NCBI GenBank assembly: GCA_963833985.1
Contig: CAWIAD010000001.1
Span: forward strand, 2,752,001 to 2,816,000
DNA length: 64,000 bases
Origin: an uncultured Planctomycetaceae bacterium
GTDB taxonomy: Bacteria; Planctomycetota; Planctomycetia; Isosphaerales; Isosphaeraceae
Direction of reading: 5' to 3'
The notes under the pieces are model-generated. The model was not told where the DNA came from. It worked only from the letters and a program-made list of their open reading frames with translations, and made no database searches. Every line of letters starts with the position of its first letter. The first letter of the stretch is position 1. Of the stretch, positions 10,429-22,298 are shown piece by piece. The position numbers and the translations under genes are program-made.

Positions 10429-12897
10429 ATGTCATCACTTCTCGCGTTGCCTCTTCTCTGGGCCCAGGCCGGCGCGGGCAATCCTGCGGTCGTCGAAGTT
10501 CCTAAATGGCTGCGCAACACCTTGCTCTGGCTTTTCCTGTACGGTGAGCCCGCCTACCAGACCGGCGGGCTGCTGGGCGGATGGCTCACCTGGATCAAGG
10601 CCATCAGCCTGCTCTGCTTCCTGTGCTGGATCGGCGTCTGGCTGATGAAGGCCATCAAGGAAGGCTTGCTGGCGCGGGGCCGGTGGTATGACATGGTCGC
10701 CCTGGCGGCCGCCTTCGTCATTCCCGCCTCGGTGCTGGTGCGGACGCTCGAGTCCACCAAGCAGCTCAAGGTCTACCAGGTTGGTTCCCTGCCGCTGGCC
10801 ATCCTGGGCATTTACATTGCCTTACTGGTGCTCGCCATCTGGGCGGAGATCGGACTGTGGCGGACGATCCGCCGGCTCGGCCGGACGGCCGACCTGATGG
10901 TGCTGGCCGGCATCCACCTGGCACTCGCGCTGGGGCTGTCCGTGGGCGTGCTCATGGAGCGCTACGGATTTCTGCAATCGCTCAACCCCGGCCAGAAGGT
11001 GGTGTGGAGCGATGGCCTGGTCTACGGCGCCCGCCTGAGCATGGTTTACATGGGCTACGTCATCCTGGCACGGATCCTCATCCTCTTGAGCGACGAGCTC
11101 TTTGCCGTGCGCGGCCGCCGTCTCCGCTCGATCGCCCAGCTTTCCATCTACGAGGCGAACCGGCGGATGTGGGCCCCGTGGGTGGTGCTGATCGCGTTCG
11201 GGCTGGTGCTGGCGTTCACGCACTGGTTCCTGCAACCGCCCCGGCCCGCCGAGATGGGGCGGCTTTTCGTGGCCACTCTCACGCTGCTCTGCTCGCTGCT
11301 TCTGACCGCCATGGTCACGTTCATGGTTCCGCTCAGCCTGCCGAACGATATCCAGCAGCAGACCATCTACACCGTCGTGTCCAAGCCGGTCCGCCGTCTC
11401 GAGCTGATCTGGGGCCGGATCATCGGCTTCATGACCCTGGTGACGGCGCTGGTGATCGTCTTTGGCGGCATCAGCCTGGCGTACCTCTGGCGCACCGTCG
11501 GCACCACCATCCGAAATACCGAGGAAGCGGCCGTACGGGCCAAGAAGGAAGGCCGCGTGCGCGATGCCGCGCAGCTCGTCGAGCAGGCCGACCAGCTTCG
11601 TTCGCGGATGGCGGCGCGGGTGCCGGTGAAGGGTTCGCTGTCGTTTCTGGACTCGCGCGGCACGCCCCATGCCATGGGCATCGACGTGGGCATGGAACAG
11701 TCCATGAAGGAGCCGCGCAGCCATATCGAGGGTTCAACCCCGGCGACGGCCATCTGGAGCTACGGCGTGGTGCCCGACCCGTTCGCGCCGGCCAACCACC
11801 CGGTGCTCATCGACCGCAGGCTCTCGGTGTCGGACTTCCTTCCCGACCGGACCATCGAGGGGCTGCTGAACCGCTCGATCGAGCTGCGGTTCCAGATTGC
11901 CGGGGATGAGCGGAGCAAGGCTCAGCCGAACCTGCCGGCCAGCGAGGTCGCGAGGCTGGACGCCAGCCTGAATCGCAACCGCGACCTGAGCAAGCAGATC
12001 GCCACCGAGTACGAGACCCTGCGCCGCCGGGCCGATGACCTGGAATCGCAGGCGGCCAACGCCGAGGCGGCGGGCGACGCCGGCGCCTCGAAGTCGCTGC
12101 ACGACCAGGCACGCGCCCTCCATGCCGACCCGGTCATCGTCGAGATGTCCTTCAACGTCTACCGCACCACCAAGGGGAAGGTGGGCGACCCGGTGCTGGC
12201 CGAGATGCAGGTGACCAACCCGCACACCGGGGCCGACTATGTGAACATCTTTCCGGTGAAGGAATATTATACGAACCGGCAGTTGCTCAAGCCCGAGTTG
12301 CTTGCCGGCTCGATGGGCGACCTGAAGGTCGAGATCCGCTGCATCAGCGCCACCCAGTACCTGGGCATGGCCGAGAGCGACCTCTACCTGCTTTCCAGCT
12401 CCGGCAACTTCGGAGCGAACTACATGAAGGGACTGCTGGGCATCTGGCTCCAGGCGCTGGTGCTCACCGCCATCGGCGTGTTCGCCGGCACCTTCCTGAG
12501 CTGGCCGGTCGCCCTCTTGACCACGGTCGCCTTCTTCTTCGCCGGACAGCTTGCCTATGGCTTCCTGGTTGATTTCACCCGCCAGGCCATCATGGGCGGT
12601 GGTCCGTTCGAGTCGCTCATCCGGCTGCTCACCCACGACAACCAGATGAGCGACCTGGCCCCCACGGCCGCGGCCGTCATCGCCAAGTCGCTGGACTCGA
12701 TGGTCATGCCGATCATGTCGATGCTCGTCTACATCGTGCCCAACTTCCAGGCCCTTGACGTCAGCAACACGGTGGCCGATGGGTTCGCCGTGAGCTGGCC
12801 GCGGATCATCGGCAGCACGCTCCTGGCCCTGGCCTACGCCTTGCCGTTCTCCATCGGCGGGTACTTCATCCTCAAGAACCGCGAGGTGGCCGCATGA
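10429..12897 (+). CDS. ABC-2-type transporter permease with large extracytoplasmic insert
   Basis: Many TM segments, LPNDIQQQTIYTVVSKPVRRLELIWGRIIG motif, C-terminal LKNREVAA; start chosen at ATG 10429. Confidence 0.85.
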   Translation: MSSLLALPLLWAQAGAGNPAVVEVPKWLRNTLLWLFLYGEPAYQTGGLLGGWLTWIKAISLLCFLCWIGVWLMKAIKEGLLARGRWYDMVALAAAFVIPASVLVRTLESTKQLKVYQVGSLPLAILGIYIALLVLAIWAEIGLWRTIRRLGRTADLMVLAGIHLALALGLSVGVLMERYGFLQSLNPGQKVVWSDGLVYGARLSMVYMGYVILARILILLSDELFAVRGRRLRSIAQLSIYEANRRMWAPWVVLIAFGLVLAFTHWFLQPPRPAEMGRLFVATLTLLCSLLLTAMVTFMVPLSLPNDIQQQTIYTVVSKPVRRLELIWGRIIGFMTLVTALVIVFGGISLAYLWRTVGTTIRNTEEAAVRAKKEGRVRDAAQLVEQADQLRSRMAARVPVKGSLSFLDSRGTPHAMGIDVGMEQSMKEPRSHIEGSTPATAIWSYGVVPDPFAPANHPVLIDRRLSVSDFLPDRTIEGLLNRSIELRFQIAGDERSKAQPNLPASEVARLDASLNRNRDLSKQIATEYETLRRRADDLESQAANAEAAGDAGASKSLHDQARALHADPVIVEMSFNVYRTTKGKVGDPVLAEMQVTNPHTGADYVNIFPVKEYYTNRQLLKPELLAGSMGDLKVEIRCISATQYLGMAESDLYLLSSSGNFGANYMKGLLGIWLQALVLTAIGVFAGTFLSWPVALLTTVAFFFAGQLAYGFLVDFTRQAIMGGGPFESLIRLLTHDNQMSDLAPTAAAVIAKSLDSMVMPIMSMLVYIVPNFQALDVSNTVADGFAVSWPRIIGSTLLALAYALPFSIGGYFILKNREVAA

Positions 12898-14346
12898 GAA
12901 GCAACCAGAACAAGAAGATCGTCTACGGTCTGATCATCGTCCTCATCTTCGGCGGCATGTTCCCGTACACGTCCTGGCTGGCCCAGGAGAAGAAGCGCCG
13001 GGACCTGGGCGAGGCGGCGATCGGCCAGATCGACACCGGCAGCTTCGTGATGAAGCTCTTCCTGCTGGGCGGCTTCCGCGGCATCGTCGCCAACTACCTC
13101 TGGCTCCGTGCCGAGGAAAACAAGCGCGACCACGACTGGGACCGCCTCAAGTCCAACGTCGATCTGATCACCAAGCTCCAGCCTCACTTCCTGTCGATCT
13201 GGACGTTCCAGGGTTGGAACCTGGCGTATAACGTCGCCGTCGAGTGGGACGCTCCGGAAGACAAGTACGAGTGGATCAAGCAGGGCATCAAGTTCGTCCA
13301 GCGCGGGGTCGACAATAACCGCCGTTCCCCCGACCTCATCTGGGACACGGCCTGGTTCTATTATCACAAGCTGGGCTTCTCCGACGAATCGATCATCCTC
13401 CGCCGGCTCTTCCGCGACGACGAGGACGAGGACTTCAAGCGCTACCGCGACCCCGAAACCGAGTTGAGCGTGGTCAAGCACGACAACTTCCAGCTCGGTT
13501 ACGGCTGGTTCGCCCGGGCCATCGATCTGGCGGACTCCGGCGCCCGCCGCCAGAACGAGGGGACCACCGCGGACATCCAGCAGATCAACTACGTCGACCC
13601 GACCCCCCAGCGCAAGCGGGCCGACGACATCACTTTCCGCTCGATGCCCGCGCATGCCCAGACGCATTACGCGATCGCGCTGGAGAAGATGAGCATCATG
13701 GGCGTGGAACCGACGTTCGGCGAGGTGGCCATGAACGAGTGGGCACGCGCCCTCCGCGAATGGGTCAAGTTCGGCAGCTTCAAGTTCGAATCACCCAACG
13801 TCATCGAGCGGAACGGCAAGTTCGAGCACGACATCGTCCAGATTGACGATCGCACGAACGTCGAGAAGTACAATTCCGACCGGATGACCAAGAACGAGAA
13901 GTACTGGGCCGATCGCTGGGCCGACCAGCTCAACTACCGCTACTGGAAGGAACGCTGCATCGCCGAGGCCACCCGCAAGGCGACGACCGCCCGGCAGCTC
14001 TTCTACGAAGGCACCCGGGCCTACAAGACGGGTGATTTCGCCACGGCGGCCGCCAAGTTCAAGGAAGGCCTCCTCACCTGGAAAGACAACCTGAAAGACT
14101 TCCCGGTGTTTCGCGAGGATGACCTGAACAAGAAGGAGACCGGGTTGATCGTCAAGCGCTATCGAGCGCATCCTCATTCAGCAGGGCGAGAAGCTGCCGG
14201 ACGACCTGCCGTTCAAGGAACTGCTCCCCGCGGCCAAGGCTGACACCACGCTCGATCCGTTCGACGCCATGGAGATGCTGGGCGTCCCCGGCGCGGCGGG
14301 CGGAGGCGGAAGCGCCGCGGGAAGCGCACCGCCCGGCGGCCGCTAG
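12894..14346 (+). CDS. Membrane-anchored helical (TPR-like) protein in the ABC operon (frameshift near 14165)
   Basis: Coupled to the permease; LLGGFRG and LQPHF..W...WNLAYN motifs; continues in another frame as ERILIQQGEKLPDDLPF...PPGGR* ending 14346. Confidence 0.8.
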
Positions 14347-14384
14347 GACGACACCAGGCCAGGCTGGCCTGGATTTTGCCCCTA

Positions 14385-14428
14385 CGAGCGGCCCGGGCCT
14401 CTCTTTTTTCGAGAGCCCGGGCCGCTCG
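14385..14428. terminator. GC-rich hairpin after the ABC operon
   Basis: CGAGCGGCCCGGG ... CCCGGGCCGCTCG inverted repeat with an inner CTCTC/GAGAG pair. Confidence 0.5.
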
Positions 14429-14496
14429 CATCGCGAACGGGCCCTGCCATGCTGGCCAGCAGCCAGCCGTCGTTCCTTTCCAGTCCGGAGGTGCTC

Positions 14497-14800
14497 ATGC
14501 TCATCATGCACGTCCAGATCCAGGTGAAGCCAGAACACGCCGAGGCCTTCAAGGCGGCCAGCGCGGAGAACTCGCGCAACAGCCTGCTCGAGCCGGGCAT
14601 CGCCCGCTTCGACGTGTTGCAGCAGGTTGATGACCCCACGCGCTTTCTGCTCGTCGAGATCTACCGCACGCCCGAGGCGCCCGCCGCGCACAAGCAGACG
14701 GCGCACTACCAGAAATGGGCGGAGACGGTGGCCGATATGATGGCCGCGCCGCGACTCCAGCGTGAAGTTCAGCAAGCTCTACCCCGAAAACGGCGCGCGC
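14497..14800 (+). CDS. ABM/LsrG-like putative quinol monooxygenase (frameshift near 14753)
   Basis: [47 protein letters not shown]; 3' end uncertain. Confidence 0.85.
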
Positions 14801-15955
14801 ATGATGTTCGAATTCGCCACCGCCGGGCGCATCCTCTTCGGGCCAGGGCGCATCCAGCAGCTTCCCGGCCTGGCACAGGGGCTCGGTCGCACCGCGCTGC
14901 TGGTACTGGGGAAGAGCCACCGCCATGGCGAGCCAGTGACCGCGGCGCTCGCCGGCTGCGGCCTGCGCTCGGTCGTCTTCAGCGTCGAGCACGAGCCGAC
15001 GATTCACCTTGTCGACGAGGCCGCGACGCTGGCCCGCGACTCGGGCTGCGATCTGGTGATTGCCGTCGGCGGCGGCAGTGTCATCGATGCCGGCAAGGCG
15101 ATCTCGGCCATGCTCACGCATCCCGGCGCCGTGCTTGATTACCTTGAACTGGTGGGCGGAGGCCGGCCGCTGGACCGTCCCGCGGCGCCCTGCCTGGCCG
15201 TACCGACGACAGCCGGCACGGGCGCCGAGGTGACCCGCAATGCCGTGCTCGGCGTGCCCGAGCACCGGGTGAAGGCCAGCCTGCGCAGCCCTTTCCTGCT
15301 GCCGCGCGTGGCCCTCATCGATCCCGAGCTGACCATCCCGCTGCCGCCGGCCGTCACCGCTTACACCGGCATGGACGCGCTCACGCAGCTTATCGAACCG
15401 TTTGTGAGCAGCGCGGCCAACCCGCTCACCGACGGCGTCTGCCGCGAGGGCATGGCGCTCGCCGCACGGTCCCTGCGCAGGGCCTACCAGGACGGTTCGG
15501 ACCTGTCTTCCCGGAATGACATGGCGCTCGCCGCCCTTTTTGGCGGCCTGGCCCTGGCCAATGCCAGGCTGGGCGCCGTGCACGGCCTGGCAGGCGTGCT
15601 CGGCGGCGTCACCGGCCACCCCCACGGCGCCATCTGCGCCCGGCTCTTACCCTTTGTAATGGAGGCGAACATCCAGGCCCTGGAGGCGGATCGCCCCGGA
15701 ACTCCGGTCTTGCCGCGCTACGCCGAGGCGGCCCGCATCCTTACCGGGAATCCTTCCGCGCGGCCCGCCGACGCCGTGGCCTGGGTTTGCGACCTCTGCG
15801 CCGCACTGGAGATTCCGCCCCTGCGTGCCGGCGGCCTTGCACCGGCCGATGGCCCGCACATCATCCCCATCGCCCAGCGCGCCAGCAGCATGCAGGGCAA
15901 CCCGGTGAAGCTCAGCGACGATGAGCTGGCTGCGATCCTCGAAGCGGCGATCTGA
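14801..15955 (+). CDS. Iron-containing alcohol dehydrogenase
   Basis: [37 protein letters not shown] motifs. Confidence 0.93.
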   Translation: MMFEFATAGRILFGPGRIQQLPGLAQGLGRTALLVLGKSHRHGEPVTAALAGCGLRSVVFSVEHEPTIHLVDEAATLARDSGCDLVIAVGGGSVIDAGKAISAMLTHPGAVLDYLELVGGGRPLDRPAAPCLAVPTTAGTGAEVTRNAVLGVPEHRVKASLRSPFLLPRVALIDPELTIPLPPAVTAYTGMDALTQLIEPFVSSAANPLTDGVCREGMALAARSLRRAYQDGSDLSSRNDMALAALFGGLALANARLGAVHGLAGVLGGVTGHPHGAICARLLPFVMEANIQALEADRPGTPVLPRYAEAARILTGNPSARPADAVAWVCDLCAALEIPPLRAGGLAPADGPHIIPIAQRASSMQGNPVKLSDDELAAILEAAI

Positions 15956-16204
15956 TCGCAGCGTGCGTCCCCCCGGCCTTTGCCGTCTCGGTGCGGGAGC
16001 GGAGCCGGGCCGCCAGGCGAGGGCGGCCAGGGGAGCGTCAACCGGACGGCATCGTGGCAATGGCAACCTGCATCCATGGCCGATGCTGCTTGCCATGCTA
16101 TGCGGGGATCGGGGGCGTGCTCGCCGCCCTCTTGCTGACTACAATATTGCAGCGGGTTTGCGCGAGGACGTCTCGTGCCACCCAGGACCGCATGAGGAGC
16201 TTCC

Positions 16205-17053
16205 ATGGCATCGGGCGAGACAGCAACCATCCGCGTCGGGCACAGTCCGGATTCCGACGACGCGTTCATGTTCTATGCACTCACGCACGACAAGCTGGAC
16301 ACCGGCGGCTTGAAGTTCGTGCACCAGCTTCAGGACATCGAGACGTTGAACCAGCGCGCGATGAGGTCCGAGCTGGAGGTTTCGGCGGTGAGCATCCACG
16401 CCTTCGCCCACCTCGCCGACCGCTACGCCCTGCTGGCCTCCGGCGCCAGCATGGGCGACCGCTACGGACCCACGCTCGTGACGCGCGAGTTGCTGACGCT
16501 GGACGCGCTCAAGGATCAAACCATCGCCGTGCCGGGCAAGTTGACGTCGGCCTACCTGGCGCTTCAGCTCCGCATGGGCAGCAATGTGCCGGTCACGGTC
16601 ATGCCGTTCGACCAGATCTTGCCGGCGGTCGCGGAGGGTAAGGTCAAGGCGGGACTGCTGATCCACGAAGGGCAGCTTTATTACGGAGATCGCGGGCTGC
16701 ACCAGGTGCTCGACCTGGGCCAGTGGTGGTACGAGCAGACCGGACTACCCCTGCCGCTGGGCGGCAACGTGGTTCGCAGGGACCTGGGCGAACCGCTCAT
16801 CCTGAAAATTGCCGGGCTCCTGAAGCAGAGCATCCAGTATGCGCTCGACCATCGCGCGGAGGCTCTCGATTACGCGCTGGGGTTTGCGCGCGACCTCGAC
16901 CCCAAGCTCGCCGACCGGTTCGTGGGAATGTATGTCAACCACTGGACCGTCGATTACGGAACACGGGGTCGAGAGGCCGTTCGCACGTTTCTCGGCCGGG
17001 CGGCGGAAGCGGGTTTAGTCCCGGGACCGATTGACTTACAATTTGTCGGATGA
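16205..17053 (+). CDS. mqnD: 1,4-dihydroxy-6-naphthoate synthase (futalosine menaquinone pathway)
   Basis: [39 protein letters not shown]. Confidence 0.88.
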   Translation: MASGETATIRVGHSPDSDDAFMFYALTHDKLDTGGLKFVHQLQDIETLNQRAMRSELEVSAVSIHAFAHLADRYALLASGASMGDRYGPTLVTRELLTLDALKDQTIAVPGKLTSAYLALQLRMGSNVPVTVMPFDQILPAVAEGKVKAGLLIHEGQLYYGDRGLHQVLDLGQWWYEQTGLPLPLGGNVVRRDLGEPLILKIAGLLKQSIQYALDHRAEALDYALGFARDLDPKLADRFVGMYVNHWTVDYGTRGREAVRTFLGRAAEAGLVPGPIDLQFVG

Positions 17054-17187
17054 TCCCGAGCCAGGCCGAGGCACGCCTTGCTGGGCCAACTGGCCGGAGC
17101 GTGCCGCTCGAGGCTCGCACTCATGTGGGGGTTGAGCCAGCCTGGATCGGCCCTTTCCCCCCGATCGCATGCTCGAAGGGACGAGCC

Positions 17188-19905
17188 ATGACCCAGTCGT
17201 TCGGCGCGCTGGCGCCCCTGTCCGTTGGCGAGAACAGCCACCAGTACTACCGGCTCGACGCCCTCAGGACGCACGGGCTCGACCCGGCGCGCCTCCCTTT
17301 CTCACTGAAGGTGCTGCTTGAGAACTTGCTCCGCTTCGAGGATGGATCGACCGTGACCGCCGACGATGTGCGCGCGCTGGCCGCCTGGGATCCGCATGCC
17401 GAGCCCGACCGGGAGATCGCGTTCCGTCCCAGCCGCGTGCTGCTTCAGGACTTCACGGGCGTGCCGGCGGTGGTCGACCTGGCCGCGATGCGCGACGCCA
17501 TGCGGCAGATGGGCGGAGACCCCAGGAGAATCAACCCGTTGCAGCCGGTCGAGCTGGTCATCGACCATTCGGTGCAGGTCGATGAAGCGGGAACTTCCAG
17601 GGCCTTCGCCATCAATGCGGATCTCGAGTTCCGCCGGAACCGCGAACGCTACGGATTCTTGCGCTGGGGCCAGAACGCTTTCGAGAGTTTCAAGGTCGTT
17701 CCGCCTGACACCGGCATCGTCCACCAGGTGAACCTGGAATACCTGGCACGCGTGGTTTTCACCGCCCCGGCCAGTGCGGGCAAGGCCTCCCTGGTCTATC
17801 CCGATACGCTGCTGGGCACCGATTCGCACACCACGATGATCAACGGGCTCGGGGTCCTGGGCTGGGGGGTGGGCGGCATCGAGGCGGAGGCAGCCATGCT
17901 GGGCCAGCCGGTTTCCATGCTGGTTCCGCAGGTGGTCGGCTTCAAGCTCACCGGTTCGCTGCCGGAGGGCGCCACGGCCACCGACCTGGTCCTGACCGTC
18001 ACCCAGATGCTGCGCAAGAAGGGAGTCGTGGGCAAGTTTGTGGAATACTACGGCGACGGCCTGTCAGGCTTGCCGCTGGCGGACCGGGCCACGATTGCCA
18101 ACATGGCGCCGGAGTATGGCGCGACCTGCGGCATCTTCCCGATCGACGCCGAGACCCTCCGGTATCTCGAGCTTTCCGGCCGGCCGCAGTCCAGTATTCG
18201 CCTGGTCGAGGCGTATTACCGGGCCCAGGGAATGTTCCACGAGCCGGGAGTGCCGGAGGCCGCGTATTCCGAGACGCTGGAGCTCGATCTCTCCACCGTG
18301 GCGCCCAGCCTGGCGGGCCCGCGCCGGCCACAGGACCGCGTCACGCTGTTCGATGCCCGGGCGTCGTTTCACAAGGCGCTCCAGGAGATGCTGGCCACAC
18401 GGCCGGAGCAGACCCGCAAGGCTGCACCAGCCCGGCGGGAAAGCCCGGGCAATGTGCACGCCGAAGACGAGCTGGCACATGGATCGGTCGTGATCGCCGC
18501 CATCACGAGCTGCACCAACACGTCCAATCCGTCGGTCATGTTGGCCGCCGGGCTGCTGGCGAAGAAGGCCGTCGAGCGCGGGCTGACCACGCGGCCCTGG
18601 GTCAAGGCCAGCCTGGCGCCGGGCTCCAAGGTGGTGACCGATTACCTGCGGCAGGCCGGGCTCGACACGTATCTCGACGCCCTGAAGTTCAACCTCGTGG
18701 GTTACGGCTGCACCACCTGCATCGGCAACTCGGGCCCGCTGCCCGAGCCGATCTCCCGGACCATTCAGGACAACGACCTGGTCGCCGTGGCCGTGCTCAG
18801 CGGCAACCGCAACTTCGAGGGCCGGATCAACGCCGACGTGCGGGCCAATTACCTGGCTTCGCCTCCGCTCGTGGTCGCGTACGCGCTGGCCGGCACGATG
18901 GACATCGACATGGCCTCCGAGCCGCTGGGCACCGGGCGCGACGGCGAACCGGTCTTCCTCAGGGACATCTGGCCCAGCCAGCGCGAGATCCAGGATGCGA
19001 TCATGAGCTCCGTCCAGACCGAGATGTTTCACAGGCAGTACGGCCAGGTCTACGAGGGAGACGAGCACTGGAGATCGCTGCCGGCGCCGGAGGGCGACCT
19101 GTACCAGTGGGACGACGCCTCAACGTATGTCAAGAACCCGCCTTACTTCGTGGACATGCCCGCGCAGCCGGCACCCCTGGCCCCGATTCGCGGGGCCCGG
19201 GTCCTGGCCGTTCTGGGAGATAGCATCACCACCGACCACATCTCGCCGGCCGGCTCCATCAGGGCGGACAGCCCGGCCGGCCGTTACTTGATTGCCCATG
19301 GCGTGCCGCTCGCCGAGTTCAACTCGTACGGGTCGCGGCGCGGCAATCACGAGGTGATGGTGCGGGGCACCTTCGCCAATCTCCGGCTCCGCAACCGGCT
19401 GGCACCCGGAACCGAGGGGGGCTGGACACGGCACCTTCCCGACGGTGCCGTGATGTCCATCTTCGACGCCTCCGAGGCCTACCAGAAGCAGGGCATCCCG
19501 CTCCTGATCCTGGCGGGAAAGGAGTATGGGTCGGGCTCCTCGCGCGACTGGGCGGCCAAGGGACCGAAGCTGCTGGGAATCCAGGCCGTGATCGCCGAGA
19601 GCTACGAGCGCATTCATCGTTCCAATCTCGTCGGCATGGGGGTCCTGCCGTTGCAGTTCGAGCCGGGACAGAGCGTCGAGAGCCTGGGGCTCAGCGGCGA
19701 GGAAGTCTACGCGGTCGAGGCGCCTGAGGAAGGACTGGCCCGCCGGCTGGCCGCAACCCGCCGCCTGGCTGTCACGGCCGAGGCCGCCAACGGATGGAGG
19801 CTCGAATTCTCTGCCGTGATCCGGATCGACACGCCCCAGGAAGTGCTCTACTTCCAGAATGGGGGAATCTTGCCTTACGTTCTGAGGCAGTTGCTGCGAT
19901 CGTAG
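17188..19905 (+). CDS. acnA: Aconitate hydratase A
   Basis: [61 protein letters not shown]. Confidence 0.97.
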   Translation: MTQSFGALAPLSVGENSHQYYRLDALRTHGLDPARLPFSLKVLLENLLRFEDGSTVTADDVRALAAWDPHAEPDREIAFRPSRVLLQDFTGVPAVVDLAAMRDAMRQMGGDPRRINPLQPVELVIDHSVQVDEAGTSRAFAINADLEFRRNRERYGFLRWGQNAFESFKVVPPDTGIVHQVNLEYLARVVFTAPASAGKASLVYPDTLLGTDSHTTMINGLGVLGWGVGGIEAEAAMLGQPVSMLVPQVVGFKLTGSLPEGATATDLVLTVTQMLRKKGVVGKFVEYYGDGLSGLPLADRATIANMAPEYGATCGIFPIDAETLRYLELSGRPQSSIRLVEAYYRAQGMFHEPGVPEAAYSETLELDLSTVAPSLAGPRRPQDRVTLFDARASFHKALQEMLATRPEQTRKAAPARRESPGNVHAEDELAHGSVVIAAITSCTNTSNPSVMLAAGLLAKKAVERGLTTRPWVKASLAPGSKVVTDYLRQAGLDTYLDALKFNLVGYGCTTCIGNSGPLPEPISRTIQDNDLVAVAVLSGNRNFEGRINADVRANYLASPPLVVAYALAGTMDIDMASEPLGTGRDGEPVFLRDIWPSQREIQDAIMSSVQTEMFHRQYGQVYEGDEHWRSLPAPEGDLYQWDDASTYVKNPPYFVDMPAQPAPLAPIRGARVLAVLGDSITTDHISPAGSIRADSPAGRYLIAHGVPLAEFNSYGSRRGNHEVMVRGTFANLRLRNRLAPGTEGGWTRHLPDGAVMSIFDASEAYQKQGIPLLILAGKEYGSGSSRDWAAKGPKLLGIQAVIAESYERIHRSNLVGMGVLPLQFEPGQSVESLGLSGEEVYAVEAPEEGLARRLAATRRLAVTAEAANGWRLEFSAVIRIDTPQEVLYFQNGGILPYVLRQLLRS

Positions 19906-19928
19906 CAAAACCGCCATCCCCGCGGACT

Positions 19929-19948
19929 CCGGCACGAATGTTGCCTTA
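19929..19948 (+). promoter_or_regulatory. Putative sigma-54 (-24/-12) promoter
   Basis: CCGGCACGAATGTTGCCTTA = GG-N10-GC with GGCACG and TTGC, ~60 bp upstream of ORF 20008. Confidence 0.65.
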
Positions 19949-20007
19949 GTGAAGCACTGGCGCGTGACGATGCGTTTCAACCGAAGCCTGGCGACAAGGA
20001 GACATTC

Positions 20008-20547
20008 ATGCCGACTCGAAAAACGCCCTTTGAGCGGGCGATGGCACTGGCGGCTCTGAGCGGATTCAAGATTGCCCTCGGACCGGCCTTTCTGGCTGCT
20101 TCCCGGCGCAGCTCGAACACGGGCCCGTGGGCACTGGCGGCCCTGAGCGAGATGTTCCTCGACAAGATCGGGATCTTTCCTCCCCGCTTCCGGCCGGCTC
20201 TGCTGATCCCGCACGCGATCTCGGGCGCCTGGGTGGCCCGCGAAAGCTTGCGCGATGAAGGCGTCGACGATCCCACGGCTCCGATCATCGGTGCCGTGGT
20301 CGCGGCGGGCGTTTCGTGTGTCGCGCCGCTGACGCGGATTGCGCTGCACAGGGGACTGGGTATCTCCGACACGCTGCTCGGCGTGGGCGAGGATTACCTG
20401 GCCCTGCGGCTCGGAACCGAGGCCACCGAGGTCTCCATGAACCAGGTCGGAGAGATCGCCCGCGACGCCATTGATGATCTGCGAGGCAAGGTCGAGCCTG
20501 CGCTTTCCTCATTGCCGAACATCCCGTCGATGGCGGAGCGCAGATAA
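20008..20547 (+). CDS. Hypothetical membrane-associated protein (possibly DUF4126-like)
   Basis: AGGAG RBS; ALAALSG...E...DK...P.R motif pattern. Confidence 0.75.
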   Translation: MPTRKTPFERAMALAALSGFKIALGPAFLAASRRSSNTGPWALAALSEMFLDKIGIFPPRFRPALLIPHAISGAWVARESLRDEGVDDPTAPIIGAVVAAGVSCVAPLTRIALHRGLGISDTLLGVGEDYLALRLGTEATEVSMNQVGEIARDAIDDLRGKVEPALSSLPNIPSMAERR

Positions 20548-20721
20548 GGAGGGTTGGCCGCGGTCATTCCGTAGCCCGGCACGAAACAGCCAGGATTCGA
20601 GATGCGCGCGAGCATCCTCTTTCCCATGGCTGCGCACGAGTATCTGGGGAGTCACCCCTTCTTTCAACCAACCGTGGCGATGTCGATGTCTGCACGCGTT
20701 GTCTTTTCAGAACACGTGACA

Positions 20722-20741
20722 CCGGCATGAATGTTGCCTTA
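20722..20741 (+). promoter_or_regulatory. Putative sigma-54 (-24/-12) promoter
   Basis: CCGGCATGAATGTTGCCTTA, 19/20 identical to the site at 19929. Confidence 0.65.
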
Positions 20742-20821
20742 AGATCGGTTCCAGCGGCGGTCGGTCGTGGGCCTCTGGCGAGGTCGCGGGCTGCCGGGTA
20801 CCAGCAGGACAAAGGAAGACC

Positions 20822-21034
20822 ATGAAGAAGCTCATGACTGGACTGGCGGCCTCTGGCCTCTTGACCCTGGCGTTGGGAGTCGTCGGCTGCAGCGATAAGT
20901 CGACAACCACCGACAAGAAAGAGGTCAGCGGCCCCGGAGGCACGACGACCATCACCGACAAGAAGGAAGTGAAGCAGTCCGGCGACAATCCGCCGCCGGC
21001 CGGCACGACGAACCCCGCACCGCCCAAGCAATAA
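20822..21034 (+). CDS. Small lipoprotein
   Basis: MKK + hydrophobic stretch + VVGC lipobox; internal TDKKEV repeat; AAGGAAG RBS. Confidence 0.85.
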   Translation: MKKLMTGLAASGLLTLALGVVGCSDKSTTTDKKEVSGPGGTTTITDKKEVKQSGDNPPPAGTTNPAPPKQ

Positions 21035-21064
21035 GTGCACTCAGGGATCCTTCGAGATTCACGG

Positions 21065-21108
21065 CGCCCGCGCCGGCATATCAGATTGCCGGCGCGGGCG
21101 TTTCTGTT
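21065..21108 (+). terminator. Rho-independent terminator
   Basis: CGCCCGCGCCGGCA, 8-nt loop, TGCCGGCGCGGGCG followed by TTTCTGTT. Confidence 0.75.
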
Positions 21109-21284
21109 CCGGCGCGACCCGGCAACTCCCTCGCCGCGCCGGGACGCGGCCGTTGCGCCGCATGGGCCCGATCCGATCAGCCGGTGAGGCCCGAAACCCA
21201 CTTTACAAGCGGGGAAGGGCAGAGAAGAATGATGGTTTACTTGCCAGCGGGTGCATCTGCCCTGGGGGGCGGGAGAGACGGGCC

Positions 21285-22223
21285 GTGCATGAGGAGGCGA
21301 TACGCAAGGCGGATGTGCTCATTGGCGCACTCGGGTACATCCGCAAGTTCCACGGCCGCTTCACCGTCATCAAGCTCGGCGGATCGGTCATGGAAGACAC
21401 CGGATCGCTGGCTGCTCTGCTCGTGGATATCGTCTTCATGCAAACCGTGGGGATGCGCCCGGTCGTGGTCCACGGCGGTGGCAAGGCGATCACCGTGGCC
21501 ATGGAGCAAGCAGGGCTCACGCCGCGGTGGGTGAAAGGCCGGCGCTACACTGACGACGCCACGCTGGAGATCGTCGCGCGCGTGCTGGCCGAGGAGATCA
21601 ATGCCGACATCGAACGGCACATCAACAAGTTCGGCGGCCGCGCCTCGGGATTGCACCACAAGACCCACCAGTGCCTGTACGGCCGCAAGCTGGCGATGGA
21701 CGACGGTGACGGTCACCAGGTTGACCTGGGACGCGTGGGCGAGGTGACCGAGGTGGACACCATGCCCATCGAGAACCTGTGCCTGGCGGGGGTCGTCCCC
21801 GTGCTACCGTCGCTGGCCGAGGACGAGGACGACGAGAGCCGGCTGCTGAATGTGAACGCCGACACGGCCGCAGCCGCGGTGGCACAGGCGCTCCAGGCCG
21901 ACAAGCTTGTGCTCCTGACCGACACGCCGGGCATCCTCAAGGACCGCGATGAACCGATGAGCTTGATCTCGGGTCTGAACCCCGAAGAGTGCCGCGAGCT
22001 GATGGCGCGCGGGGTGATTGACAAGGGGATGATTCCCAAGGTGGAAGCCTGCCTCAAGTCGCTCGAGGCCGGCGTGCGCAAGACGCACATCATCGATGGC
22101 CGCCTGCGCCACTCGCTGCTCCTGGAAATCTTCACCGAAAGTGGAGTCGGCACCGAAATCGTGCTCGACGAGAACAGCGAGCAGGTCTCCAGCCAGGGCC
22201 GACGCCCCGTCCTGGTTCGGTAA
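21285..22223 (+). CDS. argB: Acetylglutamate kinase
   Basis: VIKLGGS, VVHGGGKAI, NVNADTAA, GMIPKV, HIIDGR. Confidence 0.95.
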   Translation: MHEEAIRKADVLIGALGYIRKFHGRFTVIKLGGSVMEDTGSLAALLVDIVFMQTVGMRPVVVHGGGKAITVAMEQAGLTPRWVKGRRYTDDATLEIVARVLAEEINADIERHINKFGGRASGLHHKTHQCLYGRKLAMDDGDGHQVDLGRVGEVTEVDTMPIENLCLAGVVPVLPSLAEDEDDESRLLNVNADTAAAAVAQALQADKLVLLTDTPGILKDRDEPMSLISGLNPEECRELMARGVIDKGMIPKVEACLKSLEAGVRKTHIIDGRLRHSLLLEIFTESGVGTEIVLDENSEQVSSQGRRPVLVR

Positions 22224-22298
22224 GCCTGGCACGACTTCCGTACAGCAGCAGAGAGGTTGGTCCACTCGATCCTTGCATCCGGAGCCAGTTCCTTGTCA

